Shown here: positions 20,599 through 30,330 of the stretch, piece after piece
Position numbering within the stretch: the stretch's first letter is position 1
How the letters are laid out: each line of letters starts with the position of its first letter
NCBI RefSeq assembly: GCF_003367075.2
Contig: NZ_CP065936.1
Span: 1,500,001 to 1,532,000, forward strand
Source of the DNA: Cylindrospermopsis raciborskii Cr2010
GTDB taxonomy: Bacteria; Cyanobacteriota; Cyanobacteriia; Cyanobacteriales; Nostocaceae
Reading direction: 5' to 3'
DNA: 32,000 nucleotides
Notes under the pieces: generated by a model
The model's database searches: none
Told to the model about the DNA's origin: nothing
Seen by the model: only the letters and a program-made list of their open reading frames with translations
Program-made: the position numbers and the translations under genes

Positions 20599-21384
20599 GT
20601 GGTAACTAATATAAAAATTCCCCAACTCCCCCTATTATCAGCAACTGGACTTTGTAAAAGTTTTGGTGGAATTCAAGCTGTAAAAAATGCCAATATTGAG
20701 GTTAACCAGGGTAGTATTACCGGACTCATAGGTCCTAATGGCGCTGGTAAAACAACTCTGTTTAATTTACTATCCAATTTCATCCGTCCAGATCAAGGGA
20801 GAGTAATTTTTAACGGGGAACCAATTCATAACTTACAACCCTTTCAAATCGCTCAGCAAGGTCTAACTCGCACCTTTCAAGTGGCTAAAACCCTTTCCCG
20901 TTTATCAGTCCTAGAAAACATGTTGTTAGCAGGACAAAAACAAACGGGTGAGAATTTTTGGCGGGTGCAATTCGAGCATCATATAGTCCTCAGACAAGAA
21001 AAACAAATCACCCAAAGAGCAATGTCTTTGTTGACATCCGTCGGTTTAGCACACAAAGCTCATGATTATGCAGGTAGTCTATCCGGTGGACAGCGAAAAT
21101 TATTAGAAATGGGAAGGGCCTTAATGACAAACCCTAAACTAATACTATTAGATGAACCAGCAGCTGGAGTAAACCCTAAACTAATAGATGATATATGCGA
21201 TCGCATTATTAAGTGGAATCGGGAAGAAAAACTAACTTTTTTAATTATTGAACATAACATGGATGTGATTATGTCCCTATGTGACCGTGTTTGGGTACTA
21301 GCAGAAGGTCAAAATTTAGCCGTTGGCACTCCCGTAGAAATTCAGACCAACCCCCAAGTTTTGGAAGCATATTTGGGATGCTAA
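20599..21384 (+). CDS. natA: Branched-chain/neutral amino acid ABC transporter ATP-binding protein (LivG/NatA type)
   Basis: 261 aa, GTG start. GLIGPNGAGKTTLFNLLSNFIRPDQG, LSGGQRKLLEMGRALM, LILLDEPAAGVNP, LTFLIIEHNMDVIMSLCDRV. Confidence 0.85.
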   Translation: MVTNIKIPQLPLLSATGLCKSFGGIQAVKNANIEVNQGSITGLIGPNGAGKTTLFNLLSNFIRPDQGRVIFNGEPIHNLQPFQIAQQGLTRTFQVAKTLSRLSVLENMLLAGQKQTGENFWRVQFEHHIVLRQEKQITQRAMSLLTSVGLAHKAHDYAGSLSGGQRKLLEMGRALMTNPKLILLDEPAAGVNPKLIDDICDRIIKWNREEKLTFLIIEHNMDVIMSLCDRVWVLAEGQNLAVGTPVEIQTNPQVLEAYLGC

Positions 21385-21433
21385 CAAACTAAGTTTTCTT
21401 TCCTCACAACTGCGATCGCTAAGTAGGGAGAAT

Positions 21434-22753
21434 TTAAAAGGAAATAACCTCTTCAAAAACATTTGTTTTGAAGTCATCAACCAGGATAGAAATTAGTTTA
21501 TTTAGACTTGTTTGTTTGACATGTTCCAAAATTTGTGCCGTGTCTTTAAAATCCGGACTAATGTGAAATTTTTGCTCTGATATGTTGTCGTCTTCTGGGT
21601 ATCCTTTCAAAATATTACAGTGAATTAAAGATAAACAAAGATTATTCAGCTTATTACTTTCAAAAGTAGGAAGCTCCTGACTAAAAATATCCAATATTTC
21701 AGAGATATTCATTAATATGTCACGTTTTGAAATCAAAGTATCAACAAATATTTCTAGACTGTATTTGTCCTCAATTGTGATTCTAGGTTTGCCACTGGCC
21801 AATAAGCTCTGATAGCGTTCGGGTGTGTGTAAATCTTCATTTAATATATCTGAGAGTATAACCACCCCATTGGGAATAGAGTTTCTAAAAACCAGTAGTG
21901 TGTTTGATGGTGGAAGAGTTCCCACACACAATTCTGTATTTGCACAAATAAATTGCAAGAATTCTGCAAATCTCATAAAGCCTACCATTTCTGGTTTGAA
22001 TTCTGGTATGGCATATTTGAATGCTTCCCTGACCGTAGAAAGAGGAATTCCATGACCATACATTTGTCTTCTGGATTCTGGGTCTTGACCAAACCAACTA
22101 ATAATTTTTTGACCATGAGAAAAAATCGTTTTCTTATCTGCTTGATGAATGGTTTGAATATTGTTTGCCATCCTAACCACCAAAGGATGATTTATGCCAA
22201 CGCCTAACCCTTTATTATTGCCAAAGGTTGTATTTTTAGGATCTGTGTTGATATCTTCTGGAGAATATTCTTCAGGAAGTTCTAGTTTTATAAAGTAATC
22301 ACATACTGATTTAAAAATATCATTGGCTGAATTCTCGTAAGCACAACCAATAACTTGCTTACCATACTCATGTAATTTCTTTGCTAGAGAAGCAAAACCT
22401 CCATCTCCGGATACAATTACGTACACTTCAATGTGGGGAAAACGAATAGTTATATCCATGGTATCAACTACTAGTTGAATATCAGCAGCATTTTTTTTGT
22501 GATAACGTGCGAATCCAAAAATTTGAATTGGGTCTATACCTAATTCGTTAATTTCTCCTCTGAGTAAACTTAATCTATGGTCACTCCAATTTGCATAAGC
22601 TCTCTGTAAACAGATTTTATTAACAATATCTACCTCTAGAATTTGGCGATATATCTGCTTTAATGATAATTCCTTAATAAAGTCTTTAGAAAAGCTATAG
22701 CCCTTAGTGAGGTTTTCAATGTCATAAAATATGGCTGTGTTAAATATCGACAT
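21434..22753 (-). CDS. NYN-domain (LabA/MARF1-like) putative RNase with OST-HTH/LOTUS-like domain and uncharacterised C-terminus
   Basis: 439 aa. TAIFYDIENLT, KKNAADIQLVVDTMDI, YVIVSGDGGFASLAKKLHEYGKQVIGCAYE; then IISWFGQDPESRRQMYGHGIPLSTVREAFKYAIPEF. Confidence 0.8.
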   Translation of the reverse strand: MSIFNTAIFYDIENLTKGYSFSKDFIKELSLKQIYRQILEVDIVNKICLQRAYANWSDHRLSLLRGEINELGIDPIQIFGFARYHKKNAADIQLVVDTMDITIRFPHIEVYVIVSGDGGFASLAKKLHEYGKQVIGCAYENSANDIFKSVCDYFIKLELPEEYSPEDINTDPKNTTFGNNKGLGVGINHPLVVRMANNIQTIHQADKKTIFSHGQKIISWFGQDPESRRQMYGHGIPLSTVREAFKYAIPEFKPEMVGFMRFAEFLQFICANTELCVGTLPPSNTLLVFRNSIPNGVVILSDILNEDLHTPERYQSLLASGKPRITIEDKYSLEIFVDTLISKRDILMNISEILDIFSQELPTFESNKLNNLCLSLIHCNILKGYPEDDNISEQKFHISPDFKDTAQILEHVKQTSLNKLISILVDDFKTNVFEEVISF

Positions 22754-23012
22754 ATAATTTTACCTTTGTAAACTACAGTAAGCCTAAATATTTATTGTGA
22801 AAGGATTTGACGAGTCTTGTCTCAAGGGGTGCAACTATTCCCGTTTATGGCAATATTTAAGGGGAGCGATCGCATGGTTACATTGACATATTGGGGACAA
22901 AATGTCAATATATAGAAAGTTGGTTAGAACCGCCGTGGGATGCTTCATCTCTGGCTTATAAAGACAAGAGTTTTGGCGATTCCCTATTTCTCCGTAAGTT
23001 AACTACTATTCT

Positions 23013-23678
23013 ATGAATTATCAAACAGTTAAGGAACAATTACAAGCGTTAATTGAATCACTACGTGAGTCACTGACTAAACAGAACGGTGGTCAGCCCA
23101 TGGGTGCCCCAATTACTAATATAAAGATAGAGGAGAATCAAGCATTCCGAATGGAGGAGTTGACGGTTGAACTAGAAAGACTGAATCCCAATCCTCAACC
23201 CCTGCGCAATGCTATTAATCTACTTAATGGAGCTTGGAAGTTAGAATACTCCACAGCTAGGGAAATTAGGGTTTTAGATTCTCTCCCCCTGGGACTACAG
23301 GTAGGTCAGGTATTTCAGGTGATTAACGTAGCACAAGCAGAATTTTTCAATCTTGCTGAGGTGAAACACCCATGGAAAATTGTCTGTGGTGGTGTTAAGG
23401 TAACAGCTAGATTTGAAGCAGATTTGGATGACTCCGGGTTACCTAATCAACGTATTAATGTCTATTTTGATAAACGTTATTTAGCCATTGATGAAGTTTT
23501 GGGTATTAGCACTCCCATGCTTAACCCATTAAACGTTGCACCTGCTAATAATCCTAAAGGAAGAGTTCCCAGTCTGGATATCACTTACCTGGATGAGAAT
23601 TTCCGAATTGGTAGGGGAGGTGATCAAGGTCTGTTTATTTTACACAAGGTCAATGATATCCACAATATTAATTTTTGA
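23013..23678 (+). CDS. PAP/fibrillin family (plastid-lipid-associated-like) protein
   Basis: 221 aa. LLNGAWKLEYSTAREIRVL...QVFQVINV... and C-terminal PSLDITYLDENFRIGRGGDQGLFILHK. Confidence 0.9.
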   Translation: MNYQTVKEQLQALIESLRESLTKQNGGQPMGAPITNIKIEENQAFRMEELTVELERLNPNPQPLRNAINLLNGAWKLEYSTAREIRVLDSLPLGLQVGQVFQVINVAQAEFFNLAEVKHPWKIVCGGVKVTARFEADLDDSGLPNQRINVYFDKRYLAIDEVLGISTPMLNPLNVAPANNPKGRVPSLDITYLDENFRIGRGGDQGLFILHKVNDIHNINF

Positions 23679-23685
23679 CCTGTTG

Positions 23686-25725
23686 TTAAGCAAGATCTTG
23701 TAATTTCCTTTGCAGTTTTTCCCAGGTCGTACCCACTAAATTGGGTACCACAATGTGGGCACTCCCTACCTTTTCCGGTGATCCTATTCCTACTACCCAC
23801 ATACCTGCAGCTAGGGCTGCGTCTATACCTGATGCTCCATCTTCAAATACTACACATTGTCGTGGAATAACTCCTAATTGTTGAGCTGCAAATAAAAACA
23901 AATCAGGTGCTGGTTTTGGTTTGCTTACATTATAACCATCTGTAATAGAATCGATTTCTTCCCCAATTCCTAGTTTCTCTACAAGTAATCGAGCATTTTT
24001 GCTGGAGGAACCTAAAGCTATTTTTAAACCCACCCGACGTAGATCATTTATTAGGTACTTGACCCCTGGGAGTAAATTGTCAGGGGTAATATTTTGGATG
24101 AGTTGAATATAATATCTGTTCCTCCGCTCCATTATCTCCCTTAATTGCGATTCTGAATATTGGCGATCGCCTATTATGGAAGTTAAAAAATCCCAATCGG
24201 AGATTCCTCGGAGACTTTCATTAATTTCCCGGTTAAAAGGTATTTTTTCTTCATTGGCTAATTTTTGCCAAGACTGGTAGTGATATTCACAAGTGTCTAT
24301 CAACACTCCATCCAAATCAGAAATAATCCCCCCTATGGGACGAGATTTTTTTTGAGTAACTATTCCTGGGTGTAAATCAAAATTATGCCATTCACCATTC
24401 CAGTATAATTTAAACTGTAATCTTGTCCAACCTGGGGGTAAATGGGGATAAGCAACGGGTTGATCATCGATAAATTGAATACCTCCAAAAGCAAAAACTA
24501 CAGTTTGCCAAACAGCACCTGCGCTAGCGCCATGAATACCATCTATGGTACTTCCCATAATTTCTTCTAAACCTAACATTGCTGTTTGCATAAATTTTTG
24601 ATATGCTTCATCGGATCTAGCTAAGTCCGTCGCTAAAACATGGTAGCGATAATTTAGTAGATTACGAGCTATGACTGGTTGGGTAAAAATCAGAAATGGC
24701 AAGATAAAAATTTCTGTGTCCCAAGACACATGACTGTGGTAGAAAAAAGCGGAGATGGTTTTAGCTGGTATGGTGACCTTCTCATCGTAATGAGAAACAG
24801 CAGTTAGCATTTGAAAAATATTATAACGGATAGCAAAAGCTGCTTTACTATCCCCCTCAATCAAAATATCACTTTGTTGCCAAATTTGATTCCATTCTTG
24901 TTGATTAGCATTATGTAAGGTAACGTAGTCTGGAAGATAATAGAGTTTAGACTTTGCAGCTAATAGTGGATCTGGAACATCTCTTGAGGTAAATAGGGTG
25001 ATAATCTTCTCAATGGTGATGGTCTGATTTGGTGAGCACCTAAAAGTTGCACTAATACTGGGATAACTAGGAGCAGCATTGACTTGCGAATGGCCCTCTA
25101 CTCCCAAAAGATTAATTTTTCCCGCTATTCCCATATCAAGTCGACTTTGACGATTACGACTGTGTAACCAGAATCCCTGGTCCAGCTTTCCTTGATCTAG
25201 TCGTTCCCAATGATTAAATTCCCTATTTTCTGGATACCCATTAATCCCACTTTGCAATTCAATTCTCCCATCAAAGTCTAAGAAAGTTAAAGTGCAACGT
25301 TGACATAGCACATGCTGATCTGCCATGCTGGCAAATCTTTCAAGATAGATATCTATAGTTTTACCACTGGGACTGCGCCATTGTAAAGAACGACTCAGAA
25401 TTCCTTGGCGCAAATCAAGTTCCCGATTGTACTGTAGTATTGTACCTTGATCTAGACCAAAGCGATCGCCCTCAATTGTAATTACTAATGGTAGACAATC
25501 TGGACAGTTAGCCATTTCTGTGTAAAGGGGGGGAATAGGATCATAAACCCCATGAATAAAGGTAGCAGGTGAAGCACAAGGATAACCTTCTTCAAAACTA
25601 CCTCGTATCCCTAGGTAACCATTACCAATAGTGAAAATAGTTTCTCTGGTATGTAGTTGTTCTGGTCTAAAATTAGTTTCAATTAAAATCCAATCTGTGT
25701 AGATAAAATCTTGATTTTTTTCCAT
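23686..25725 (-). CDS. Glycoside hydrolase family 65 / beta-phosphoglucomutase fusion with apparent internal loss of the GH65 catalytic core
   Basis: 679 aa. GH65 N-terminus (TRETIFTIGNGYLGIRG), WDTEIFILPF and TIDGIHGASAGAVWQTVVFAFGG are present; HAD/beta-PGM part GGIISDLDGVLIDT...GSSSKNARLL...FEDGASGIDAA. The expected GPDEYHE-type catalytic segment is absent. Confidence 0.85.
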   Translation of the reverse strand: MEKNQDFIYTDWILIETNFRPEQLHTRETIFTIGNGYLGIRGSFEEGYPCASPATFIHGVYDPIPPLYTEMANCPDCLPLVITIEGDRFGLDQGTILQYNRELDLRQGILSRSLQWRSPSGKTIDIYLERFASMADQHVLCQRCTLTFLDFDGRIELQSGINGYPENREFNHWERLDQGKLDQGFWLHSRNRQSRLDMGIAGKINLLGVEGHSQVNAAPSYPSISATFRCSPNQTITIEKIITLFTSRDVPDPLLAAKSKLYYLPDYVTLHNANQQEWNQIWQQSDILIEGDSKAAFAIRYNIFQMLTAVSHYDEKVTIPAKTISAFFYHSHVSWDTEIFILPFLIFTQPVIARNLLNYRYHVLATDLARSDEAYQKFMQTAMLGLEEIMGSTIDGIHGASAGAVWQTVVFAFGGIQFIDDQPVAYPHLPPGWTRLQFKLYWNGEWHNFDLHPGIVTQKKSRPIGGIISDLDGVLIDTCEYHYQSWQKLANEEKIPFNREINESLRGISDWDFLTSIIGDRQYSESQLREIMERRNRYYIQLIQNITPDNLLPGVKYLINDLRRVGLKIALGSSSKNARLLVEKLGIGEEIDSITDGYNVSKPKPAPDLFLFAAQQLGVIPRQCVVFEDGASGIDAALAAGMWVVGIGSPEKVGSAHIVVPNLVGTTWEKLQRKLQDLA

Positions 25726-25842
25726 TTTTTAGTCAAAAATTGCTTTTTTAGGATCATTATCTTCAGGAGCAATAAAATTCAAACAATGAACGTTTTTGCT
25801 AACAAAATGACTGATAAGCTGAATATATAGAAGCTTTCTATT

Positions 25843-25963
25843 TAAGTGGGGAGGCACAATTATTTGTAGGATGGGTTAGCGGTAGGTAACCCATGCGGGT
25901 GTTGGGTTTCATACTTCAACCCAACCTACGTTGATCTTATATTTAATTCCGCTCACCCACTTA
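25843..25963. repeat. Dispersed MITE-like element, apparently complete (121 bp)
   Basis: Terminal inverted repeats TAAGTGGG (25843-25850) and CCCACTTA (25956-25963). Internal hairpins ATGGGTTA/TAACCCAT and GTTGGGTT/AACCCAAC, enclosed by GTAGG/CCTAC. Confidence 0.8.
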
Positions 25964-26230
25964 CATTGACTCAATGTAAATAAATTACTAAAGTAATTGC
26001 ATCTGACTCAAGTATGAAAATATTACTTCCTGAAATAATTCTTGAAGTATAAGCTTGAGGATTGTGACCTTTGATATAATTTGCCAGAGTGGCTAAAAAA
26101 AACCAAAAAACATAGTATTCTACATATCATCACAATTGTTTTCCTATTAAATCAAGACTTCTCTTGAATGGCTAAATCTTTCACCTAAGAATTTAGACCA
26201 ATATCCGACCAAAATAATATCAGGGTTATT

Positions 26231-26488
26231 ATGAACTACTCCACTTCTTCCACTAGTAATTTCGAAAGTCCCATTACCCCAGAAGAACTCAATCACATAC
26301 TTACTGCTATTTCTAATGGTAGATATTCTTGGGCTTGTGTCCTTATTTTAAGATCTATGGGTTATAACCCGCTTCACTATATACCTCAGCGTACCTATAG
26401 TCGAATCGCTAAAGAAAACAACTCAGTAGTCACCACAGCTATTTCCACCCCACAAGAAGTATTGGAGACCATCAATAGTCATTCTTAA
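26231..26488 (+). CDS. HetP-like heterocyst differentiation family protein (85 aa)
   Basis: [35 protein letters not shown] resembles the recalled HetP-family core; family recognition is from memory. Confidence 0.65.
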   Translation: MNYSTSSTSNFESPITPEELNHILTAISNGRYSWACVLILRSMGYNPLHYIPQRTYSRIAKENNSVVTTAISTPQEVLETINSHS

Positions 26489-26715
26489 CAACCTCCGGTA
26501 AAAACCTATGAAATCTTTTGGTGCGAAACCCCTATATAATCTGCTTGGGCGATCGCACTAATTTTACATTAAATTACTCTCTATCCTCACAAGTTCCTCA
26601 ACTTTTTCTTATATCCTAAAAGGGAATCTGGGAATATTAATGCCTACACGGTATTACATATATCTATTAAGCACGTATGTTTACTAAAGTCAATAATCAA
26701 TTAGGTTAGGGAATT

Positions 26716-29700
26716 ATGCCCGAAAATAAAGGTAAAAATCAAATCCACGGCATAATAGATGGTAACGAAGCAGTTGCTAGAGTTACTTATCCACTGAATG
26801 AGGTGATTGCCATCTATCCAATTACACCATCTTCACCCATGGCCGAATCCTCCGATGGATGGATGAGTGATAACCGACCAAATGTTTGGGGGATTGTTCC
26901 CACGGTGGTACAGTTACAAAGTGAAGGTGGTGTTGCGGGTGCTGTACATGGAGCTTTACAAACCGGTTCCCTGACCACCACATTTACTGCTTCCCAGGGA
27001 TTAATGCTAATGATCCCCAATATGTATAAAATTGCTGGTGAACTTACCTCCACCGTATTCCACGTCGCAGCGCGATCGCTCGCAGCGCAAGCATTATCAA
27101 TTTTTGGGGATCATAGCGATGTCATGGCTACCAGAAGCACTGGTTTTGCCATGTTATGTGCAGCATCAGTGCAGGAAGCACAGGATTTGGCAGTGATTTC
27201 TACCCGCACCAGTTTAGAGTCTCGCATACCGTTTCTACACTTTTTTGATGGTTTTCGCACTTCCCACGAGGTAAATAAAATAGAAATCCTCACCAATGAG
27301 GAGTTAAAAAGTTTCATTCCCATAGAGTTAGTTATAGCCCATCGTAAAAGAGCTTTAACACCTGATAATCCAGTATTAAGGGGAACTGCCCAAAATCCTG
27401 ATGTTTACTTTCAAGCAAGGGAAACAGTGAATCCATTTTACTTAGCTTGTCCGGACATTACCCAAAGAGTAATGGATGAGTTTGGTCAAATGACAGGTCG
27501 TCAATATCAACTGTTTGAATACCATGGGGATCCACAAGCTGAGAGAATAATTGTCCTCATGGGTTCAGGTTGTGAAACAGTCCATGAAACAGTGGACTAT
27601 CTCAATCAACAGGGAGAAAAAGTGGGTGTGGTTAAAGTAAGACTATATAGACCTTTTGACACCCAGAGGTTTATTGATGCTCTACCAGAGACCACCCTAA
27701 GTATGGCAGTTTTAGATAGAACTAAGGAACCGGGAGCAATTGGTGAACCTCTATATATAGATGTTGTTACAGCATTAAGAGAAGCCCAACTCCATAAAAT
27801 TCAGGTGGTAGGTGGTAGATATGGGTTATCATCAAAAGAATTTACACCTGCTATGGTAAAAGCTGTGTTTGACCATTTACTTCCCAGAGTCCCAAATCAG
27901 AATATATCTAATAATACATATCCTAAGAATCATTTTACTGTTGGTATCAGGGATGATGTGACCCATAGTAGTTTAGAATATGATCCTGAATTTAACATTG
28001 AAGCGGATAGTATTGTGAGAGCCATATTCTATGGTTTAGGTGCTGATGGTACAGTTGGTGCGAACAAAAACTCAATTAAAATTATTGGCGAGGAAACTGA
28101 CAATTATGCCCAGGGTTACTTTGTCTATGATTCTAAAAAATCTGGCTCAGTTACCGTTTCTCATTTACGATTTGGTTCTCAACCAATTCGTGCCACTTAT
28201 TTAATCACCAAGGCTAATTTCCTAGCTTGTCATCAATGGGAATTTGTGGAAAAATTTCCCCTGTTGAAAGACCTTGTTCCCGGTGGCACATTTCTCCTCA
28301 ATTCCCCGTATAACCCAGAAGAAGTATGGGATAAATTACCCACCTCTTTGCAAGCAGAAATTATCAATAAACAAATCAAATTCTATGTAATTAATGCCTA
28401 CAAAGTTGCCAGAGAATCAGGTATGGGTGGATATATTAACACCGTCATGCAGGTCTGTTTCTTTGCTGTTTCTGGTGTTTTGCCTAGGGAAGAAGCCATA
28501 GAAAAGATTAAAAAATCCATTCGCAAAACCTACGGTAAAAAGGGTGAAGAAATTGTGGCTATGAATATACAAGCAGTGGATAAAACCCTAGACAATTTAC
28601 ACCAAATTACCCCAAAAGCAGCATTAGCTACCTCCCCCCTAGAATCACCTATCCCCGATCATGCACCCATATTCGTTAAAGATGTGTTAAGCAAAATGAT
28701 GGCTCGAGAAGGGGATGATTTACCAGTTAGTTGTTTACCTGTGGATGGTACATATCCCACGGGAACATCAAAATGGGAAAAACGCAACATTGCCCAGGAA
28801 ATACCAGTTTGGGATCCCCAAGTTTGTATTCAATGTGGTAAATGTGTCATGGTGTGTCCTCATGGGGTAATTAGAAGTAAGGTTTATCAACCTGAAGAAC
28901 TGGTAAATGCACCTCCTACTTTCAAAACCGCTAATGCTAAAGAACACCATTGGCATGAATTGAAATTTACCATTCAGGTTGCAGCAGAAGACTGTACAGG
29001 TTGTGCTTTGTGCGTTGATGTGTGTCCAGCCAAAAATAAAGCCCAACCTAAGAAAAAAGCTATCAATATGGCACAGCAAAGACCATTAAGAGAACAGGAA
29101 CGGGAAAATTGGGATTTCTTCTTGAATTTACCAAATCCAGATCGGAGGACTCTAAATTTGCACCATATCAATCAACAACAAATGCAGGAACCCCTATTTG
29201 AGTTCTCAGGTGCTTGTGCAGGATGTGGTGAAACACCTTATATTAAATTAGTGAGTCAATTATTTGGCGATCGCATGGTTGTGGCCAATGCGACGGGTTG
29301 TTCATCTATCTATGGTGGTAATTTACCCACCACACCTTGGACAAAAAACTCCCAGGGAAGAGGTCCAGCTTGGTCTAATAGTCTATTTGAAGATAATGCG
29401 GAATTTGGTCTAGGTTTTCGGGTTTCTATAAATAAACAACAGGAAACAGCAGCTTATTTACTGCAACAATTAGCATCCCATATAGGGGAAAATTTAGTTA
29501 GTGAAATTCTCAACTGTGAACAAAAAACCGAAGCGGATATTTACGAACAAAGAGAACGGGTGTCAGTTCTCAAACAAAGACTGGAGGAACTAGGGGAATC
29601 TGAAATCAGCAACCAGATCAAAAATCTCCAATCCCTAGCTGACTACCTGGTGAAAAAGAGTGTGTGGATTATTGGAGGTGACGGTTGGGCCTATGATATT

Positions 29701-30318
29701 GGTTACGGTGGATTAGATCATGTTATTGCTAGTGGAACTAATGTAAATATTTTAGTATTAGACACAGAAGTTTATTCTAATACTGGTGGACAAATGTCCA
29801 AATCTACCCCCAAAGGTGCAGTAGCTAAATTTGCTGCGGGAGGTAAAGCAGCAGCTAAAAAAGATCTAGGTTTAATGGCCATGAACTATGGTAATGTTTA
29901 CGTTGCTAGTGTGGCCATGGGAGCAAGAGATGAACACACATTAAGGGCATTTTTAGAAGCAGAAGCTTACGATGGACCATCCCTAATTATTGCCTACAGT
30001 CATTGTATTGCTCATGGTATTAATATGAGTACAGCCATGCAAAATCAAAAAGCTGCTGTGGATTCAGGAAGATGGTTATTATATCGTTATCATCCTGAAC
30101 GATTGCTACAGGGATTAAACCCTCTACAGCTTGATTCTCGCCACCCCAGAATACCTGTAGAAAATTCCATGTATATGGAAAATAGGTTCAAAATGCTCAC
30201 CAAAATTAATCCTGGAAGAGCTAAGGATTTACTCCAATCCGCTCAAGAAGATGTGAATACTCGCTGGCAAATGTATCAGTATTTAGCTGCTAGAAAATTC
30301 TCAGAACAACAAGAATAA
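26716..30318 (+). CDS. nifJ: Pyruvate:ferredoxin (flavodoxin) oxidoreductase
   Basis: 1200 aa. YPITPSSPMAESSDGW, two 4Fe-4S motifs (CIQCGKCVMVCPHG, CTGCALCVDVCPAK), TPP domain GCAGCGETPY...GGDGWAYDIGYGGLDH. Confidence 0.97.
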   Translation: MPENKGKNQIHGIIDGNEAVARVTYPLNEVIAIYPITPSSPMAESSDGWMSDNRPNVWGIVPTVVQLQSEGGVAGAVHGALQTGSLTTTFTASQGLMLMIPNMYKIAGELTSTVFHVAARSLAAQALSIFGDHSDVMATRSTGFAMLCAASVQEAQDLAVISTRTSLESRIPFLHFFDGFRTSHEVNKIEILTNEELKSFIPIELVIAHRKRALTPDNPVLRGTAQNPDVYFQARETVNPFYLACPDITQRVMDEFGQMTGRQYQLFEYHGDPQAERIIVLMGSGCETVHETVDYLNQQGEKVGVVKVRLYRPFDTQRFIDALPETTLSMAVLDRTKEPGAIGEPLYIDVVTALREAQLHKIQVVGGRYGLSSKEFTPAMVKAVFDHLLPRVPNQNISNNTYPKNHFTVGIRDDVTHSSLEYDPEFNIEADSIVRAIFYGLGADGTVGANKNSIKIIGEETDNYAQGYFVYDSKKSGSVTVSHLRFGSQPIRATYLITKANFLACHQWEFVEKFPLLKDLVPGGTFLLNSPYNPEEVWDKLPTSLQAEIINKQIKFYVINAYKVARESGMGGYINTVMQVCFFAVSGVLPREEAIEKIKKSIRKTYGKKGEEIVAMNIQAVDKTLDNLHQITPKAALATSPLESPIPDHAPIFVKDVLSKMMAREGDDLPVSCLPVDGTYPTGTSKWEKRNIAQEIPVWDPQVCIQCGKCVMVCPHGVIRSKVYQPEELVNAPPTFKTANAKEHHWHELKFTIQVAAEDCTGCALCVDVCPAKNKAQPKKKAINMAQQRPLREQERENWDFFLNLPNPDRRTLNLHHINQQQMQEPLFEFSGACAGCGETPYIKLVSQLFGDRMVVANATGCSSIYGGNLPTTPWTKNSQGRGPAWSNSLFEDNAEFGLGFRVSINKQQETAAYLLQQLASHIGENLVSEILNCEQKTEADIYEQRERVSVLKQRLEELGESEISNQIKNLQSLADYLVKKSVWIIGGDGWAYDIGYGGLDHVIASGTNVNILVLDTEVYSNTGGQMSKSTPKGAVAKFAAGGKAAAKKDLGLMAMNYGNVYVASVAMGARDEHTLRAFLEAEAYDGPSLIIAYSHCIAHGINMSTAMQNQKAAVDSGRWLLYRYHPERLLQGLNPLQLDSRHPRIPVENSMYMENRFKMLTKINPGRAKDLLQSAQEDVNTRWQMYQYLAARKFSEQQE

Positions 30319-30330
30319 CACATACCCATT

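Noticed and set aside
27061-27090. GC-rich symmetric tract CGCAGCGCGATCGCTCGCAGCG inside nifJ
   Set aside because: It contains a HIP1 octamer, common in cyanobacteria, and encodes the normal HVAARSLAAQALS segment; there is no insertion in the protein.
28768-29171. Minus-strand ORFs inside nifJ (28768-29079 and 28974-29171)
   Set aside because: They are antisense to the well-supported ferredoxin-like domain of PFOR, with no independent support.
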